A stretch of 12,788 bases of DNA, from positions 1 to 12,788 of the forward strand of contig CAYUTF010000089.1 of NCBI GenBank assembly GCA_964447495.1. The letters run 5' to 3'. Of the stretch, positions 9,401 through 12,788 are shown in pieces. Origin of the DNA: an uncultured archaeon. GTDB taxonomy: Archaea; Asgardarchaeota; Lokiarchaeia; Sigyniarchaeales; SOKP01. The notes under the pieces are model-generated. The model ran no database searches. It was not told where the DNA came from and saw nothing but the letters and a program-made list of their open reading frames with translations. The translations under genes and the position numbers were made by a program. Numbering within the stretch: the first letter of the stretch is position 1; every line of letters begins with the position of its first letter.

Positions 9401-9459
9401 ATTAACATTATAATATAACTTGTTTTTAAATAGATTACAAAACAAAAATGTAAATTTCG
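9401..9459. promoter_or_regulatory. Compact divergent promoter region
   Basis: 59 bp between divergent ATGs, with a palindromic TTTAAA at 9425-9430, about 25-30 bp from each start. Confidence 0.5.
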
Positions 9460-10074
9460 ATGAGTTGTTTCACATGTTTTCTACATAAAGTGCCCTATCA
9501 TTATAGGGATATTATTGGTCGTGATTCCTTTTTCCATGGGGATATAGTAATTACAGATTTTTCTAACCATATACCATGGGAGTCTCTTACTGAGGCAGAA
9601 TCCTTAATTATACTCAGAGGATTTGAGCGATTGATCTCTATGAAAGGCTCTGGTAATCCAATTAAAGGAATTAGTAACTTGAATGAAATTACAGAGAAAG
9701 ATATCGAATCCGTCTTTAAAGGAGATGAATGGGTGTATGCACGATGGTACTCGCTCCCTGAATTTAGCGATAACCTCGGTAAGTTTAATGAGAGAAGAAT
9801 GGATATTCGAATATTAGGTCTTGAGAAATTTATTGCTGAATACAATAAAGTGGCTTATAATAGATTCTATAAAAATATTCTAGTTAAGAGTAGAGGTAGC
9901 TTCCAAAAGCTATTAGTGGAAATTCATCCCATTCCCCAAGGACACCAATTACGCCAGTTTCTTGATATCGACCGTGTTATCAATGCAAAGAGCAATAAAG
10001 CTTACCTTACCGAAATTATGCGTTATATCACCAATCTTGTCCACCTCTATGGAAGCCCTATTCCATTGCTATAA
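9460..10074 (+). CDS. Hypothetical protein (N-terminal CxxCxxH)
   Basis: 204-aa ORF with normal globular composition filling the gap. No recognisable family. Confidence 0.7.
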   Translation: MSCFTCFLHKVPYHYRDIIGRDSFFHGDIVITDFSNHIPWESLTEAESLIILRGFERLISMKGSGNPIKGISNLNEITEKDIESVFKGDEWVYARWYSLPEFSDNLGKFNERRMDIRILGLEKFIAEYNKVAYNRFYKNILVKSRGSFQKLLVEIHPIPQGHQLRQFLDIDRVINAKSNKAYLTEIMRYITNLVHLYGSPIPLL

Positions 10075-10092
10075 ATCGCTAATCCCAATATC

Positions 10093-10100
10093 TTTAAATA
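10093..10100 (+). promoter_or_regulatory. TATA box of a probable leaderless transcript
   Basis: TTTAAATA ending 22 nt before the ATG at 10123, with no SD. Confidence 0.5.
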
Positions 10101-10122
10101 GTCAAAGTGAGATATAAATCAT

Positions 10123-10554
10123 ATGAAAGATAAAAGAATTATTCGCATTCGAGACCCGAAGCTCCAGAAAATTAGGTTAAACTTCAGAAAGGTGATTTCA
10201 CTGGCTCATAAGGTAGAATGGAAAAAAAACCATCAGATGTTAAATAATATACGTTCTGATAGTAATGGAAGCTCGCGGAGTGTTGATGAGATGACTTCAG
10301 CAGAGCTTACACGATTTAGGGAGCTTCAGCGACGCGAAGCAGATCTTGATCTAATTTTTAGTGCGTCTATAGTTGTATGCGCACAGTGCGGCAGGTTAGA
10401 GGGTGATCGGTATTATAATAAAGCTTGGCAGCGCTGGTATTGTCTTGATTGCGTGAAAGAGATTCACAAGGGGCATGCGAGAATCATGGCAAAGAAAGCG
10501 ACTGGAAGGTATACATGTGATGACGATGGCGGGTTTGGGAAGTCATTTTTGTAG
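10123..10554 (+). CDS. Hypothetical basic Zn-finger protein
   Basis: CAQC-x17-CLDC (WYCLDC). Basic N-terminus IRIRDPKLQKIR. Has its own TATA box. Confidence 0.8.
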   Translation: MKDKRIIRIRDPKLQKIRLNFRKVISLAHKVEWKKNHQMLNNIRSDSNGSSRSVDEMTSAELTRFRELQRREADLDLIFSASIVVCAQCGRLEGDRYYNKAWQRWYCLDCVKEIHKGHARIMAKKATGRYTCDDDGGFGKSFL

Positions 10555-10557
10555 TAC

Positions 10558-10638
10558 TTTGTTTCAATAATCATATATTTGTTTCACTTTATTTATTTTA
10601 TTTATTTATTAGTTTTTCTGTTCTTCGTTAATTTTTTT
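10558..10638 (+). terminator. T-rich terminator region with short imperfect (TTTA)n tract
   Basis: TTTTATTTATTTTATTTATTTATT and oligo-T runs after the stop at 10554. Confidence 0.4.
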
Positions 10639-10701
10639 AGCCATTGTTAATTATCTTATTTATATATGTGTAGAAAATATCAATCTTTTGGTAGATAAGC
10701 G

Positions 10702-10932
10702 ATGGCTCGATGTCCTGAATGCGCTGGAAAGTTAAAATACAACCCACAAAATAGGATGATGGTATGCGGCTCTTGCGGGCTTTCTCTCACTCGATTCGAA
10801 CTAGATAACTACTGGCAAAAAGTTCGAGAAGAAAGAGGTTCCGATGCCGACGTTAGTCAAAGAGAGAAAAGCCGCAGGAAAGAATGGCTGGATTGGTATA
10901 GTAAAAGCAAGGATGAGAAGCGGTACGAGTAA
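10702..10932 (+). CDS. Small Zn-ribbon protein (TFIIB-ribbon-like) with charged helical tail
   Basis: CPEC-x14-CGSCG and the tail RRKEWLDWY. TATA-like TTTATATA at 10659-10666. Confidence 0.85.
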   Translation: MARCPECAGKLKYNPQNRMMVCGSCGLSLTRFELDNYWQKVREERGSDADVSQREKSRRKEWLDWYSKSKDEKRYE

Positions 10933-11181
10933 CTTCTCAGTCTGTTATAGTGATCAAAAAAAAAGAACAAATCTAATTTATATTCTTCAGAATCCTAAAT
11001 TTATAATTAAGGCACATTCCTTCTCTTTCTAAAAAAATGAAGTAAGGATAAAAATGAAAAGCATTTTTAAGTTTTATTTTGATTTATTATCCAATATATA
11101 AATATCTATTTAATAACTCTAAGCAGTAGAAATTTATATATTATAAATTGGAAATTAGGGAAACAAGCAACACAGTACATT

Positions 11182-11353
11182 TTATGTGAAAATTATGGAT
11201 GAGTTAATCTTTTTTAATTTATTGATGTTTTTTTTTAGAACCTCTGAGAAATAAACTGAAATCATATTCATTTCTTCTTTTTAATAATTCATTGAATACT
11301 TCCTTACCCACTGACCCAGAAGCGCCTGTAAGAAGGACTCTTAGTTTTTGCAA
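11182..11353 (-). pseudogene. Truncated NAD(P)-dependent epimerase/dehydratase (extended SDR) remnant
   Basis: Not in the ORF track. TTG at 11353 reads (M)QKLRVLLTGASGSVGKEVFNELLKRRNEYDFSLFLRGSKKKHQ*, with the stop at 11219-11221. It contains the Rossmann TGxxGxxG motif. An A9 run (11228-11236) precedes the stop; shifting frame there extends it only to 11182. Confidence 0.75.
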
Positions 11354-11484
11354 TTTCCTTTTTAACCAAACTAATTTACTTTATACTTGAAATTAAAAGT
11401 CTCTTTTATTCTTTTATAATTCATTTACAAAATGAGATAAGATAGAAGAGTTAAGATAATTGCTACTATTAGTGGAATTTATCT

Positions 11485-12675
11485 TCAACTAAACTTTTTC
11501 TCAAATATTTCTAATAGTAATTCTTCTAATTTCCTAGCAGGAATGTCAAGTAAAGTTATTTCAAGATGTCTTCCTCTTTGTGCATCCTCAATTCTCACCG
11601 TTTTTGAGGCAATAATCTTCAAATCATTTAAACTTCTCACGTACTTTCGAAAACTCATTTTTACGTGAGTTTCGATATCATAACTTTCACAGATTGCCTG
11701 ATATTCTTCATATGCATCATCAACCAATGTAAATGGCTCATCATTATTAATTAATGCCCTTGTAATTCCATAAAGCGCTAGAAGTTCTTGATCACTTAAC
11801 TGATCGACAATTTCTCCCCGAAACGTCGGATATACGTCATTTGAAGCCTCTCTAATCATATCTGCAGAAATTCTATTCTTACCTTCTTTATCAGCATATA
11901 ATCCACTCTTTCTTAAAATTTCTATTCCATGACGCATATTTTTATGTTCAGCAGTAATCTGGCTTACCATATCAATAATATTTTCACTTATTACATATTC
12001 CTTAAATGCTAGATCGCTACGGTATTGTAAAATTTCCCTTGATTGTTCAAAATTGTAAGGTTTAAGAATAATCTTTTCATTCAATCTGCTTAATATTCTT
12101 TCGGTTTCAATTTTCATCCAATCATTAGTACGTGAGATTATAATTAGAGATAAACGAGTATTTTGAAGGCCATAAGTTTCTGCAATATCCAAAAGCGCCA
12201 ATACTTCATCAGAACTTAATAGATGGACCTCATCTATGAGTAATAGCATATATCCTTTCGTATTTATCAGTTTTGTTAGGATTAATTTCAAAGCTTCATC
12301 ATCACTGAAACCCCTTCCTGAGCCATGAGTATATTTTCCTAAAATTTCACGTATTATTTTGCTTTTTGAGCGAAAATGAATACAATTGAAATATTCCAAA
12401 AAGATTTCTAAATCCTTTTCAAGAGCAATATTTTTAAAGCTTCTACCAAAAAATTTAGCCGTTGTTGTTTTTCCTACGCCTGCTTTTCCGAGCATTAAAC
12501 AATTTATGGACGGTTGAGCTTCTTCTTCAATAATCCTTCGAAAATTATAGATTAAGCTCGTTATTGTTTCATCACGACAATAAAGTTTATCTGGTACATA
12601 ACTTAAATCAAGTGAACTTGAACTCTTGAACACTGATTTTTGATTGAATTGCTTTCTAAACTCATCCTCATCCAT
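11485..12675 (-). CDS. cdc6: Orc1/Cdc6 replication initiator (AAA+ ATPase plus winged helix)
   Basis: LDLSYVPDKLYCRD, Walker A GKAGVGKT, Walker B LLLIDEVH, Arg finger ILSRL, sensor-2 NMRHGI, and C-terminal wHTH ending in GR. Confidence 0.95.
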   Translation of the reverse strand: MDEDEFRKQFNQKSVFKSSSSLDLSYVPDKLYCRDETITSLIYNFRRIIEEEAQPSINCLMLGKAGVGKTTTAKFFGRSFKNIALEKDLEIFLEYFNCIHFRSKSKIIREILGKYTHGSGRGFSDDEALKLILTKLINTKGYMLLLIDEVHLLSSDEVLALLDIAETYGLQNTRLSLIIISRTNDWMKIETERILSRLNEKIILKPYNFEQSREILQYRSDLAFKEYVISENIIDMVSQITAEHKNMRHGIEILRKSGLYADKEGKNRISADMIREASNDVYPTFRGEIVDQLSDQELLALYGITRALINNDEPFTLVDDAYEEYQAICESYDIETHVKMSFRKYVRSLNDLKIIASKTVRIEDAQRGRHLEITLLDIPARKLEELLLEIFEKKFS

Positions 12676-12732
12676 GATTAATCAAGTATCAGATATAATT
12701 TCATTGATCTATATATATTTCTAGAACAGATT

Positions 12733-12754
12733 AAGTATAAATTTTCTTATACTT
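12733..12754. promoter_or_regulatory. Inverted repeat upstream of cdc6 (candidate operator)
   Basis: AAGTATAA-ATTTTC-TTATACTT, a perfect 8-bp inverted repeat just upstream of a TATA-like ATATATATA tract at about 12710-12718. Confidence 0.4.
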
Positions 12755-12788
12755 TCACAATAAAAAAAGTTGTCGTTTTGGTTTATAG

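Noticed and set aside
9151-9845. ORFs 9151-9333 (+) and 9501-9845 (-)
   Set aside because: Antisense overlaps with better-supported genes.
10844-11032. 62-aa + strand ORF overlapping the Zn-ribbon gene
   Set aside because: Out-of-frame overlap running into AT-rich intergenic DNA, with no motif.
5735-11487. Selenocysteine readthrough at TGA stops (tldD, GTPase partner, cdc6)
   Set aside because: Each TGA falls at a natural C-terminus or a coupling overlap, not at a Cys-equivalent position, and no SECIS was recognised.

Overview
An AT-rich archaeal chromosomal segment, most consistent with an Asgard archaeon (Lokiarchaeia-like). This assignment is inferred from the Orc1/Cdc6 gene, archaeal TATA-like boxes, a GGGGTGA Shine-Dalgarno and a non-prenylated Rab-like GTPase. 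Left to right it encodes a DUF47 + PiT phosphate-transport pair (-), purA (-), a cytoplasmic GldG/IFT52-type (GIFT/DUF4350-like) protein with a C-terminal coiled coil (+), a tldD-pmbA/tldE protease pair (+) and a DUF362 Fe-S protein (-). Next come a Rab-like GTPase translationally coupled to a CxxC/coiled-coil protein (-), three Cys-motif hypothetical genes (+), an unannotated truncated SDR/epimerase remnant (-) and orc1/cdc6 (-). No rRNA, tRNA, CRISPR array or transposase was seen. The best candidates for new biology are the GTPase plus coupled partner, the IFT52-like protein and the surrounding cluster of small putative Zn proteins. Family calls come from motif recognition only; no database searches were run.
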